Origin: an uncultured cyanobacterium
Lineage (GTDB): Bacteria; Cyanobacteriota; Cyanobacteriia; Cyanobacteriales; Microcystaceae
Length of the DNA: 29,889 nt
Reading direction: 5' to 3'
Assembly: GCA_963807635.1 (NCBI GenBank)
Contig: CAWEDJ010000034.1
Location: forward strand, 1 to 29,889
Within the stretch, counting starts at the first letter, position 1. Each line of letters begins with the position of its first letter. The notes under the pieces were generated by a model that searched no databases, was not told where the DNA came from, and worked only from the letters and a program-made list of their open reading frames with translations. Shown in pieces: positions 10,068-19,410 of the stretch. Position numbers and translations under genes: made by a program.

Positions 10068-10472
10068 TTACCAATCAGTGAAGTCTCTAGCCCAAATCAC
10101 CTTTTTAATTTGGTTGTTTTTGGGTTTGGTCAGTCGAAGCTTAATGATGCTCCTTCCTATTTTACCAAGAAAGTCACTAGAAATAAAATAACATTGATCG
10201 GTTGTTTTATCATAAACAGCTATCCAATCAATATCCTCACTCGTATATTTGATTGTACCCCAATTGTTGGCAGAACGACACATTACAACAATGACATTTC
10301 CATCAGACTCGGTGTATTTGCATTGAACTCTTTCAAGATTTCCATGACGCAGAACGATTAAATCAAATCTCCAGTCTTCACCAAGAGGAAGTGCAACTTT
10401 ATAGCCTCTTTTAATAGATTCAGCTATGATAATAGCCTCTGCTAAGTCGCCCTTATGCTTTGTCTCTGCCAT
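10068..10472 (-). CDS. PD-(D/E)XK homing-endonuclease-like protein (I-Ssp6803I / group I intron-associated family), free-standing
   Basis: TKHKGDLAE, ALPLGEDWRFDLIV, RVQCK, Y-SEDIDWIAVYD, terminal W match the I-Ssp6803I pattern. Confidence 0.85.
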   Translation of the reverse strand: MAETKHKGDLAEAIIIAESIKRGYKVALPLGEDWRFDLIVLRHGNLERVQCKYTESDGNVIVVMCRSANNWGTIKYTSEDIDWIAVYDKTTDQCYFISSDFLGKIGRSIIKLRLTKPKNNQIKKVIWARDFTDW

Positions 10473-10478
10473 AGTGTG

Positions 10479-10507
10479 AGATTATCAAGACACGGTTTTG
10501 ATGTCAA
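10479..10507 (-). promoter_or_regulatory. Sigma70-type promoter TTGACA-17 bp-TAATCT with extended -10 TG; predicted TSS at about 10472
   Basis: rc sequence TTGACA tcaaaaccgtgtctTGa TAATCT cacact ATG. Confidence 0.75.
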
Positions 10508-10627
10508 CGCCTAAGCTTCGATTTACCTCAATAAGCTTTATAATCTAGGGCGGGTCGTCTAGTCCTGGTTACATTAATTTCAAAATATAAAACATAGACT
10601 CAATCCGTTACGGAAAGTCAGGGGTTT

Positions 10628-11275
10628 CTAGGTTCTATTACTTTCCATCGCCCAACGAGCCAATTCTGTTCGATTATGTAAATTGGTTTTGTTTAACATA
10701 TTCGAGACATGACTTTCAATAGTACGTTGACTAACATTGAGTTTTTCAGCAATTTCTCGGTTAGACATCCCCTGGGACACTAACTGAACCACTTTAATTT
10801 CCGTCGGCGTTAATTCCACTGTACTGGGAACATAGAGTCGAGTTCCATCTTCGGGAGGCTTATTGCCAAAACGCATTAAACGATTGGCTTGACGTAGGGA
10901 CGATTCGACCTGGGCAACCAATTCCTCTGGCTCAAAGGGTTTGACCATATAAACATCAGCCCCCGTACTCAGTCCCTTCACCCGATCCTGGCTTTGACCT
11001 TTTGCCGACAGAAACATGACTGGAATCCAGCTAATCCGAGGATCTTGACGTATTTTTTCGACTAGGGCATAACCATCCATTTCGGGCATCATAATATCGC
11101 AGATGATCATGTTCGGTGTATAGGAAACCAAAATTTCTAAGGCTTCTCTACCGTTTTCGGCTGTCTCTACCACATAGCCCTGAAACTCCAAATAATCTTT
11201 GACCAAGAGGATTAAATTGGGATCATCGTCAATCAGTAGAAGTTGATTATGGTCTTTTTGAGAATTATCTTTCAT
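10628..11275 (-). CDS. NarL/LuxR-family response regulator (OrrA-like)
   Basis: Receiver LLLIDDD...DIMMPEMDG...KPF; LuxR HTH GMSNREIA...VSQRTIESHVSN. Confidence 0.93.
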   Translation of the reverse strand: MKDNSQKDHNQLLLIDDDPNLILLVKDYLEFQGYVVETAENGREALEILVSYTPNMIICDIMMPEMDGYALVEKIRQDPRISWIPVMFLSAKGQSQDRVKGLSTGADVYMVKPFEPEELVAQVESSLRQANRLMRFGNKPPEDGTRLYVPSTVELTPTEIKVVQLVSQGMSNREIAEKLNVSQRTIESHVSNMLNKTNLHNRTELARWAMESNRT

Positions 11276-11535
11276 CGTTATTTCATTATTTTGGGTTTAG
11301 AGAACAGAATGAGGAGCGATCGCGTATTATTTCAACCCATTTAATCTGATTATCACAGAATAAAAACAAGTTGATTATAATGCTTCTGACAAAACTTAAG
11401 CAAGGAATTGGCGAAAAATTCCTGAAGTTTTACAGCGTGTCAAAGTAAAGAGGAATACCAGAATCACAATGGTTTTATCCCTCGCAATGATTGAAATCAC
11501 TCTACAATATTAAAATTCATTGAAACTTTATAGGA

Positions 11536-11955
11536 TCATTGATCGGGTAAACTGGGCAGTGGATGCCTTAAAAAAGCATAGTCTTCAACAATTTGATTGC
11601 CAATAATATGCTCTTGGAGAATCCGTTCAATCACTTCGGGGGTTGCCTGACGATACCATACCCCATCGGGATACACCAATAAAATTGGCCCTTCCGCACA
11701 TACTCGTAAACAATTGGCTTTGGTACGAAAAATGCAATTGGGACTGGTTTCAGAAGGTTTATCTAATTCTAGCTCTTGCAGACGACGTTTTAAATAATCC
11801 CACGCTTCTAGGCTAACGGTTTTATCGCAACATTTTGGTTTGGTTTGGTCACAACACAAAAAAAGATGACGTTGAATTTTTGCTAAACCTAGTGTTTGAA
11901 TATTTTTCTCTAAAAGCTCAGATAAGCCAGCAGGTTCGGCAATAGACTTATTCAT
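11536..11955 (-). CDS. Thioredoxin-fold [2Fe-2S] ferredoxin
   Basis: [36 protein letters not shown]. Confidence 0.9.
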   Translation of the reverse strand: MNKSIAEPAGLSELLEKNIQTLGLAKIQRHLFLCCDQTKPKCCDKTVSLEAWDYLKRRLQELELDKPSETSPNCIFRTKANCLRVCAEGPILLVYPDGVWYRQATPEVIERILQEHIIGNQIVEDYAFLRHPLPSLPDQ

Positions 11956-11999
11956 AGTCGCTAAATTAACTAAAACCAGAATTTTAGGCTGATTATAAC

Positions 12000-12033
12000 A
12001 AAAAAGGGTGTCTGATTAATGATCATTCACCCT
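12000..12033 (-). terminator. Probable intrinsic terminator after sigA
   Basis: AGGGTG/CACCCT stem followed by a T run on the minus strand. Confidence 0.55.
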
Positions 12034-12076
12034 GCAAAAAATCAAAATGTTGGCGATCAAACTATCTAATCGCGGC

Positions 12077-13378
12077 TTAACGGATATATTCCTTCAAGAT
12101 GCTATTGCGGTTGGGATGGCGGAGTTTACGGAGAGCCTTGGCTTCGATTTGCCGAATCCTTTCCCTGGTGACATTAAAAATTTGACCAATTTCTTCGAGG
12201 GTTTTCATTCTTCCGTCATCTAAGCCGTACCGCAGTCGCAAAACATCTCGTTCACGGGGACTCAGGGTATCGAGGACATTTTCCAGATCTTCCCGTAATA
12301 AATTTTTGGAAACTTCATCTTCTGGGGTTTCACCGTCGGCTTCAATAAAGTCACCTAAACGAGAATCTTCTTCTTTACCGATAGGAGTCTCTAAAGAAAT
12401 GGGTAATTGGGCAGATTTGGCAATAAAGCGCAATTTTTCAATGGTCATTTCCATTGAGTCCGCGATTTCTTCTTCCGTTGGTTTACGGTGCAGACTTTGG
12501 GAAAGAATTTTGGTAGTTTTCTTAATGCGAGAAATGGTTTCGTAGAGATGAACAGGAAGACGAATCGTACGGGATTGATCGGCGATCGCACGGGTAATCG
12601 CTTGACGAATCCACCAAGTTGCATAGGTCGAAAACTTATAACCCTTTTCATGGTCAAATTTTTCCGCCGCCCGAATTAAACCAAGGGAACCTTCTTGAAT
12701 CAGGTCTTGGAACGATAACCCCCGATTCATATATTTTTTGGCGATCGAAACCACTAAACGGAGATTAGACTGCACCATCTTATCTTTAGCCTTACGGTCT
12801 AGATAGAGACGACGCAGGAAACCTTTAAAATTTTTATCCGCCTGAATATTCCAACGCTCTTCGATGTCTGCATTATTAATGGAGTCTGCTAAAAAGCTAT
12901 TGATTTCTTTTTTGCTGGGATCTTTACCGTACTTCTCAATGAGAATTTGCTTCGTTTGCTCAATTTTCCAAACCTGCTTACCCCATTCCCGATCATTGGG
13001 TTCCCGTTTTAATTGCTTACAGATGTCCTCACGAATTAATTCTAGGGAGAGTAAATCTGCAATCTGACGGGCTAATTCAATTTCTTCCTCTGCCCGTAAT
13101 AACCGAATACGACCAATTTCCTGGAGGTAAATCCGAATCGAATCTTCTGTGTAGGGCTTTTTCTTACTAGGATCACGACGACGGGAGGCAGTGAGTTTTC
13201 GCGGTTTCTTGGTACCAGGCTCAACGGATGATTCCGTGTCTTCTGAGTCTTCTAATTCGTCTAGGAGATCATCATCATCAATATCGTCTGTATCAATGTA
13301 GTGCGATAAATCCACGGAAGGCTCTTCTATAGAAATTTCTTTTGTCATTGTTAATAGCTCAGTGGTAGCCTGCATCAT
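12077..13378 (-). CDS. sigA: Principal RNA polymerase sigma factor RpoD/SigA
   Basis: [61 protein letters not shown]. Confidence 0.96.
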   Translation of the reverse strand: MMQATTELLTMTKEISIEEPSVDLSHYIDTDDIDDDDLLDELEDSEDTESSVEPGTKKPRKLTASRRRDPSKKKPYTEDSIRIYLQEIGRIRLLRAEEEIELARQIADLLSLELIREDICKQLKREPNDREWGKQVWKIEQTKQILIEKYGKDPSKKEINSFLADSINNADIEERWNIQADKNFKGFLRRLYLDRKAKDKMVQSNLRLVVSIAKKYMNRGLSFQDLIQEGSLGLIRAAEKFDHEKGYKFSTYATWWIRQAITRAIADQSRTIRLPVHLYETISRIKKTTKILSQSLHRKPTEEEIADSMEMTIEKLRFIAKSAQLPISLETPIGKEEDSRLGDFIEADGETPEDEVSKNLLREDLENVLDTLSPRERDVLRLRYGLDDGRMKTLEEIGQIFNVTRERIRQIEAKALRKLRHPNRNSILKEYIR

Positions 13379-14252
13379 GCCGTTTCCTCTTGCTCCTTAT
13401 CGTGCAAAACTAATTAGTAGGGTGTTTAGGGGGAATGAATCTTTACTATTCTTCGATGTCCACTTTATTACATTTGATTTTTCCGACTGGAAAACAGGTC
13501 TAAAGCTATTCCCTAAGTCCGCAGGGACACCGCTCAGAAGATTGGTTTTTAAGGAAACTTAGACTCTTTTGGCTGACTTCAAAGTGCCTATGGGCTATCG
13601 ATAAAAAGAAAGACCCTACTGATTGTAGCTTTGAAAACAAAAGATCGGTTATTTTTTTGCTTAAATTGCAAAAGTGGGATGTAAATTGAGTAGTTCAGGA
13701 AAAGCAGTAGATTGCACTCATCAATAGAAATCTCTTTAGGAAGAGATTAAGGTCAACAGTACACTGAGGTTAGTTCGTTAAGTTCTAGGGGAGAGTTTCC
13801 TCTAGATCAATACTTTCAAAACTAATCTCTAAAGATGGATCGCTAAGAGCGTTCCCCTAACGTTATAACCGTCAATCAATTTTTCTTCAACTCGAAAAAA
13901 CCTAATTGATAAAACATTGGGAAATCAAAATTCTTCCTAGACAAAAGAAGAATAGAACCACCTTAACAAAAATTCTTACGTCATTCTAATGAATTTCATC
14001 AAAAAAAGCATCCAAATTATTAATTTTTTTTAAGGCGATCGCCGTCCTGTGATAGTACAAGTGTTCTAACGCTTACAGAATATGCGATTCCTCAATCACT
14101 ACATTAGCAAAGACTTCGAGAAATGGAATGCTGATCGGGGAGCAACTGTCAACGGATAGCGACTTTTGATAGATTTCTGTTGGATTAACTGCTGAAATGT
14201 ATGAAGTAGTTGGGAAGATAGGGTTGCTGTTTTTGGGTATAGTCTGCCTGAC

Positions 14253-14930
14253 TTAAAGCAGTCCTTGGAAGAGTGCTAGTCCATCGATGGCGTTGAGTGC
14301 TTGATCGGCGGCTCGTTCGGGATGGGGCATCATTCCCAGTATATTTCCCTGTTTATTGCTGATTCCTGCGATGTTGTAGAGTGAGCCATTGGGGTTGGAA
14401 TCTTCTGTAATTTCTCCCTGGCAATTGACGTAACGAAAGAGAATTTGTTGGTTATCTTCTAGGTTTTTAAGCGTATCGCTATCGGCATAATAGCGGCCTT
14501 CTCCGTGAGCAATGGGCAATGTTAAGATTTGTTGCGACTGGTAATTTTTTGTCCAAATAGATTGGTTTTGTTCAACTCTGAGGGGAACCTGATCGCAGAT
14601 AAAATGTAAATCTCGATTGCGAATCAATGCGCCTGGCAATAATCCTGCTTCGGTGAGAACTTGAAATCCGTTACAAATTCCTAAAACGTATTTTCCTTGG
14701 CTGGCGTGTTCCATGACAGATTTCATGACATTAGAGAAACGAGCGATCGCGCCACATCGCAAATAATCACCGTAACTAAATCCGCCTGGAATGACGATCA
14801 CATCCAAATCATCAATATCCGTGTCTTGATGCCAGACAAAACGAGTCGGTTGATTCAATATTCCCTTCGTCACCATCTCCACATCGCGATCGCAATTAGA
14901 CCCTGGAAAAACGATTACTCCAAATTTCAT
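14253..14930 (-). CDS. purQ: Phosphoribosylformylglycinamidine synthase subunit PurQ
   Basis: [39 protein letters not shown]. Confidence 0.97.
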   Translation of the reverse strand: MKFGVIVFPGSNCDRDVEMVTKGILNQPTRFVWHQDTDIDDLDVIVIPGGFSYGDYLRCGAIARFSNVMKSVMEHASQGKYVLGICNGFQVLTEAGLLPGALIRNRDLHFICDQVPLRVEQNQSIWTKNYQSQQILTLPIAHGEGRYYADSDTLKNLEDNQQILFRYVNCQGEITEDSNPNGSLYNIAGISNKQGNILGMMPHPERAADQALNAIDGLALFQGLL

Positions 14931-14940
14931 TACGATCCCC

Positions 14941-15201
14941 TTATGCCACTGGCGTTAACTCAAAAGAATAATTTTCAATGACCGTATTAACTAAAAGCTG
15001 GTCACACATTTGGTCTAGATGTTGTTTGGCTGTTTCTTCGTCCTCAGCCCTAAGCGTAAGCTCAATATACTTACCCACTCTCACGCGTTCCACCTCTGAA
15101 TAGCCCAATTGCTGTAATCCTGATTGAACGGCTGTTCCCGCAGGATCGAGGACAGAGGGACGAAGCGTGACATAAATGCGACACTGATATTGTTGAGACA
15201 T
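14941..15201 (-). CDS. purS: Phosphoribosylformylglycinamidine synthase subunit PurS (start taken at MSQQY)
   Basis: [35 protein letters not shown]; directly upstream of purQ. Confidence 0.95.
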   Translation of the reverse strand: MSQQYQCRIYVTLRPSVLDPAGTAVQSGLQQLGYSEVERVRVGKYIELTLRAEDEETAKQHLDQMCDQLLVNTVIENYSFELTPVA

Positions 15202-15241
15202 TAAATTAAGATATAAACTAACTAACAACGGTTCCAGACTC

Positions 15242-15657
15242 ATGAAAGCTCCCCTTACCCGTTCTCAAGAGCGATTATTTCGCCTGCTGAAAACGTTAAA
15301 CCAAGCGATGTCGGCCAGGATCTGTATTCAGAGCTACGACAGCGCAATGAAAGCATTGGGCTTGCCACTGTCTATCGTGCCTTAGAAGGTTTAAAACTGC
15401 AAGGGGCAATCCAGTCGCGAAAGTTGACTAATGGTGAATCTGTCTATAGTTTGACCCAATCCGATCAACACCATCTCACCTGTGTCAATTGCGGGCGATC
15501 AATTCCTATCGCGGAATGTCCTGTCCATGATTTAGAAAATAAATTAGAATTTTCCCATCAGTTCAAGGTGTACTATCATACATTGGAATTTTTTGGGCTT
15601 TGTCATAGTTGTCAGTTAGGAGATGAAGAGAAACAAAACTTGAGCAAGGTTATTTAA
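15242..15657 (+). CDS. zur: Fur-family zinc uptake regulator Zur/FurB, with a -1 frameshift near 15316 in this sequence
   Basis: MKAPLTRSQERLFRLL...MSA / QDLY...GLATVYRAL...HHLTCVNCG...CPVH...HTLEFFGLCHSC; one added C restores the frame. Confidence 0.88.
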
Positions 15658-15699
15658 GATTAGTCTTGAAGGAACAATTACTCTTCGCTAATGGCTATT

Positions 15700-15982
15700 C
15701 TACTGTCAAATTTTCAAGAAAACTGATGGCTAATGCGTCGCCAAGGTTCCCAGCATTGGTCTCAACCACTGCAAGCTGTCATTATTTGTGCATCGCTTTT
15801 ATGGCTATCAATTAGGCAATTACGCGATCGCCCTTAATAATCAAGATCAATCTATAACGCTAGTGTTACCAAACTGGAAAAAATATCAATTGGCGATCGG
15901 CACTGATACGGCAATTCGTTGGAATGAATCAACGGGTGAACTGACTTTGCCGCTTTTTGGAGGAGTTGTCCTTCTATCATAA
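15700..15982 (+). pseudogene. Orphan 3' gene fragment, possibly a GH13 alpha-amylase C-terminal domain
   Basis: Broken frames LMRRQGSQHW... and FYGYQLGNYAIALNN...GELTLPLFGGVVL resemble an amylase C-terminal beta domain. Confidence 0.4.
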
Positions 15983-16023
15983 AATTCTAGGACGATCGCA
16001 CTTGATCGGAGAAAGCGATCGCA
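15893..16023. repeat. 131-bp direct repeat, copy 1
   Basis: Gapless match to 16451..16581 with 12 mismatches; HIP1-like octamers at both ends. Confidence 0.95.
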
Positions 16024-16213
16024 ATAACCTACAATCAGGTGATCATTTCTCATCGTTGGGTTGCGCTCCTTGACTCAGCCTAGAAGGGCGGCGATCACAC
16101 TATCGAAGTAAGCGATCGCTGACATTGCCTTATCCGTTATCCTAGAAAGCAGAAAGGGAGAAGCCGTTAACTTCTCCCAATCCATTCTACAAATACTAAG
16201 AAAAGTGTAACCC

Positions 16214-16447
16214 ATGAGTAACCCAGTTATCGTTGAAACTGATTTAAAAGATGTCCTAGCCAAGATTGACAGTCGGTTAGAACGTATTGAAATCAAGTTA
16301 GAAGCTTTGCCCAGGATAGAAGAAAAGTTGGACGGACTGGACAAACGAGTAGATAAGCTCGAAACCAGTCAAAACCGACAAATCTGGGTTTTGATTGTTG
16401 CCGTCATCGGGGCCATTATTAAGTTTGGCTTTTTCTCTAATCCCTAA
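16214..16447 (+). CDS. Small coiled-coil + TM protein (XhlA/DUF4164-like), paralog of 6989..7243
   Basis: MSNPVIVETDLKD...KLEALPRIE...QIWVLIV...IIKFGFF. Confidence 0.8.
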   Translation: MSNPVIVETDLKDVLAKIDSRLERIEIKLEALPRIEEKLDGLDKRVDKLETSQNRQIWVLIVAVIGAIIKFGFFSNP

Positions 16448-16450
16448 CCA

Positions 16451-16581
16451 GCGATCGCCACTGCTCCTGCAATTCGTTGGAATGAATCAACAGGTGAACT
16501 GACTTTGCCGCCTTTTGGAAGAGTTATCCTTCTATCATAAAATTCTAGGGCGATCGCACTTGAGCAGAGAAAGTGATCGCA
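16451..16581. repeat. 131-bp direct repeat, copy 2
   Basis: Begins GCGATCGC, ends GTGATCGCA. Confidence 0.95.
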
Positions 16582-16595
16582 CTTAAACAAGAAAG

Positions 16596-17660
16596 ATGAT
16601 TAAATATAAGTTTGCATATAACTCCCAAGAAATGATAGTTAATATTAATAACTTATCTAGAGAAAATGGATTTAAATTAGATAAGTTTACTTGTCTAAGT
16701 TGTGACTGTGAAATGGTTGCTGTTTTGGGAGCAACAAGAGTTAAGCACTTTAGACATAAAGTAATTACCAAAGATGATTGTTCCCCAGAAACTTACCTAC
16801 ATAAACTTGCAAAGCTAAAATTTTATGATACGTATCAAGATTGTTTGAATAACAATAAGCCATTTAAAATCAAAATTTTGATGGAAAGAATTTGTAATTT
16901 TTATAGAGAAGAGTTTTTGACAGATTGTCAACTAGATTCTGAATTATCTGAACATAACTTAACTGATTTTTTTAAAAAAGTGTATTTAGAAACAAGAGAA
17001 AGTTCATTTATTCCTGATGTTTTACTAGAAGCAATAAATGGGGATAAGCTATTTTTTGAAATTTACGTTACGCACAAATCTGAGGCAACAAAAATAGAAT
17101 CAGGTTATCGAATTATAGAATTTAAAGTTGACTCTGAAGAAGACATTCAAATTATTGAATCTTGCCTATTAACAGAATCTGAAAAAATTAGATTTTTTAA
17201 CTTTAAGAAAACTAAAACTAAAATATGGTGTAAAGGCCAATGCTATCAGGGGATTGTTCCTTATGCAAAAGAAGATATTTTATACACTGTTTTCATCGTT
17301 TACAAAAATGGTAAAAGTATTCTGTTTAGAAAGTCAATACAAGAATTAGAAATTCTTGATCAAAACAATATTTTACATATTGAGTATTTAAGCTTTTCTC
17401 ATGATTGCAGTGACTTTTCGATTAGTTATCAACGAAGTGATCTTTACAAACATCAAGTTGTCGAATGTTACAAAAAAGGGATAAAAATCAAAAACTGTTT
17501 TCTATGTAGATACCATGCTATTAACACATCTTTATACAGTGATGGAGGGATATTTTGTAAATTTTTAAAAACTACTGGAAATTCTAATCAGGCAGCAAAT
17601 TGTGAATATTTTCGACCTGATTCTAAAGTATTTGCTCAATATCATAATGAGTTTTATTGA
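16596..17660 (+). CDS. CoiA-like putative nuclease with N- and C-terminal Cys clusters
   Basis: FTCLSCD...HFRHK...CSPETYLH; IPDVLL...FEIYVTH; CFLCRYH...FCKF...NCEYF; AT-rich. Confidence 0.65.
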   Translation: MIKYKFAYNSQEMIVNINNLSRENGFKLDKFTCLSCDCEMVAVLGATRVKHFRHKVITKDDCSPETYLHKLAKLKFYDTYQDCLNNNKPFKIKILMERICNFYREEFLTDCQLDSELSEHNLTDFFKKVYLETRESSFIPDVLLEAINGDKLFFEIYVTHKSEATKIESGYRIIEFKVDSEEDIQIIESCLLTESEKIRFFNFKKTKTKIWCKGQCYQGIVPYAKEDILYTVFIVYKNGKSILFRKSIQELEILDQNNILHIEYLSFSHDCSDFSISYQRSDLYKHQVVECYKKGIKIKNCFLCRYHAINTSLYSDGGIFCKFLKTTGNSNQAANCEYFRPDSKVFAQYHNEFY

Positions 17661-17695
17661 AGATATTAATTTTAAAATAGCTATGTGATCGCTGA

Positions 17696-17800
17696 CTAAA
17701 CCCCTAGTAATTCCAAAAACTCAGTCACCATGTCGGCAGTTTTTTCGTGGCACTCTTTAGGGGTGAATCTCACTGTTGGTATTCCCTCTCTTAACATCAT
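17696..17800 (-). pseudogene. 3' remnant of a DUF559/Vsr-like endonuclease gene
   Basis: DH-MMLREGIPTVRFTPKECHEKTADMVTEFLELLGV* resembles the (R)DRxxxxxGxxxxRF terminus. Confidence 0.45.
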
Positions 17801-17849
17801 GTGATCGCCTTCTCATCAAGTTAAAAAAGCGATCGCCTAATTTCACCAA

Positions 17850-19334
17850 TTAACGATGAATAATCGCCTCACCCCGACGATAAAGCTCACGGGCATAGTC
17901 CGTCCAAACCCCCTGACCCCAATAACGAAAACAACTGGTTTGCACCAACAGATTATAGAGCAGAGCCTCTTGATAATCGGGATTTTGGGTAACGGTTGCA
18001 TCGTTTTGTACTAGGGAATCATATTTTTGATGAAACATGGCACTGAGTTTATTCATCGGCTCCAAGACATTTTCATAGCCTTGCACCCAACTTAGGTTAT
18101 TTGTCCAGGAAGCTCCGTCCATGTGAAAGCGATGATCGGTTTCTTTTAATTCCGCGATCGCCTTTTCTACCCATTCGGGGGTTGATTGCTCAGGATTAAC
18201 CCGTTGCCAAATTTTGTGTTGATGAACTGCTTGGACTTTGGGATAATCATTGGGATCAACACCTGCTGCTTCAATTAACTCTAAATATTCCGTTCCATTA
18301 ATGGCAACTGTCCCGACTTTTCCCCCACCTTCAGAACGAATTTCATGATTAGCCTTAATAAAAGCAGGAGGAAATTCATTCATCATCACCCCACCATTTT
18401 CACCATCCGCAATTTGGGTTCCCAGGGAAGGAATGGTGATACCACTAATTTGTTGTTTTCTTAATCCTTTCGCCTCATAATAGGGCTGCATTTGGGCCAC
18501 TAATTTGGTATCCGAGCCTTGGGTTTTAATGAGTATGGTAATACTGATCGTTTCACCTTGGGAATTGCGAGCAACTAAACGATTAGGAATATATTTTTGT
18601 TCATGATTTAGACTCGAACCATCTAAATTTTCTAACGAATTTTCCTGCACCATTAACCAACGATAACCGCATTCTTTAAGAGCTTTAATATATTCGTATA
18701 ACGTATCAGGATGGTTCGGCAGATGCATTTCAGGAGGCGAAAAACCTTTCACTCGTTTTAGGGCTTCGTAACCAAAAATTGAGGCAAAATGATGTTGCCA
18801 AGCCTGAATTTGGAGTTTTACATCGGGAATCGGCGTAGAGGGAACGACCGCATGACTCCACAGGGTTCCTAAACACTCAACGTAAGGTTGATATTGGGGA
18901 TTACAAATAATCTTTTTGAGATTATCTAAAATATCATTACGACCCATTTGTTGAAAGCCCCAAAGCAGATTTCCTGAATAATCCAACATGATGCGCGGAT
19001 TGCAACCGTCTTGAATTAATTGGGGAATAATTTCACCCATACGCCGATAACACCAGGCAAAGGGATCGGCATTATGATTATCTCCTTCTCCTGAATGTTC
19101 ATACATATATTGGAGATGACTAATTAAAGATCCATTTTGTCCTGCGGGAATGGTAGGTTGGTGCATATGCAAGGCACAGGCAAATCCCGCATTAATATCC
19201 GCTAATTTTAAATTGGTTGTAGATAAAAAAACAGGATCATCATTATTCGCGATCGCTTGAATGTTAGATTCTTCACCAGAAATATAAGGTAAATTTGATG
19301 AAATTTGTGTAGGAGTGGGAAAAATTGCGACCAT
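17850..19334 (-). CDS. Glycoside hydrolase family 57-like protein (start taken at MVAIF)
   Basis: ALHMHQP, GFSPPEMHLP, QIADGENGG, GASWT, QTSCFRYWG. Confidence 0.85.
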   Translation of the reverse strand: MVAIFPTPTQISSNLPYISGEESNIQAIANNDDPVFLSTTNLKLADINAGFACALHMHQPTIPAGQNGSLISHLQYMYEHSGEGDNHNADPFAWCYRRMGEIIPQLIQDGCNPRIMLDYSGNLLWGFQQMGRNDILDNLKKIICNPQYQPYVECLGTLWSHAVVPSTPIPDVKLQIQAWQHHFASIFGYEALKRVKGFSPPEMHLPNHPDTLYEYIKALKECGYRWLMVQENSLENLDGSSLNHEQKYIPNRLVARNSQGETISITILIKTQGSDTKLVAQMQPYYEAKGLRKQQISGITIPSLGTQIADGENGGVMMNEFPPAFIKANHEIRSEGGGKVGTVAINGTEYLELIEAAGVDPNDYPKVQAVHQHKIWQRVNPEQSTPEWVEKAIAELKETDHRFHMDGASWTNNLSWVQGYENVLEPMNKLSAMFHQKYDSLVQNDATVTQNPDYQEALLYNLLVQTSCFRYWGQGVWTDYARELYRRGEAIIHR

Positions 19335-19410
19335 GATAGAATCCTTTTTTTTGTTTGATACTAGGTTCATTATAGAATAATGATGACTATACATTCTCTC
19401 AGCATTAACC

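Noticed and set aside
10000..10361. Plus-strand ORFs 10000..10191 and 10110..10361
   Set aside because: Antisense shadows of the tRNA and the endonuclease gene.
9995..10627. Group I intron hosting the endonuclease
   Set aside because: The tRNA is contiguous, the ORF abuts both tRNA and promoter, and no second tRNA half or ribozyme core is visible.
12800..13050. Intein or unusual insertion in SigA
   Set aside because: Short non-conserved region between 1.2 and 2.1 without intein terminal motifs.
15242..15657. Programmed ribosomal frameshift in zur
   Set aside because: No slippery heptamer; the same context recurs in an unrelated gene, favouring a sequencing error.
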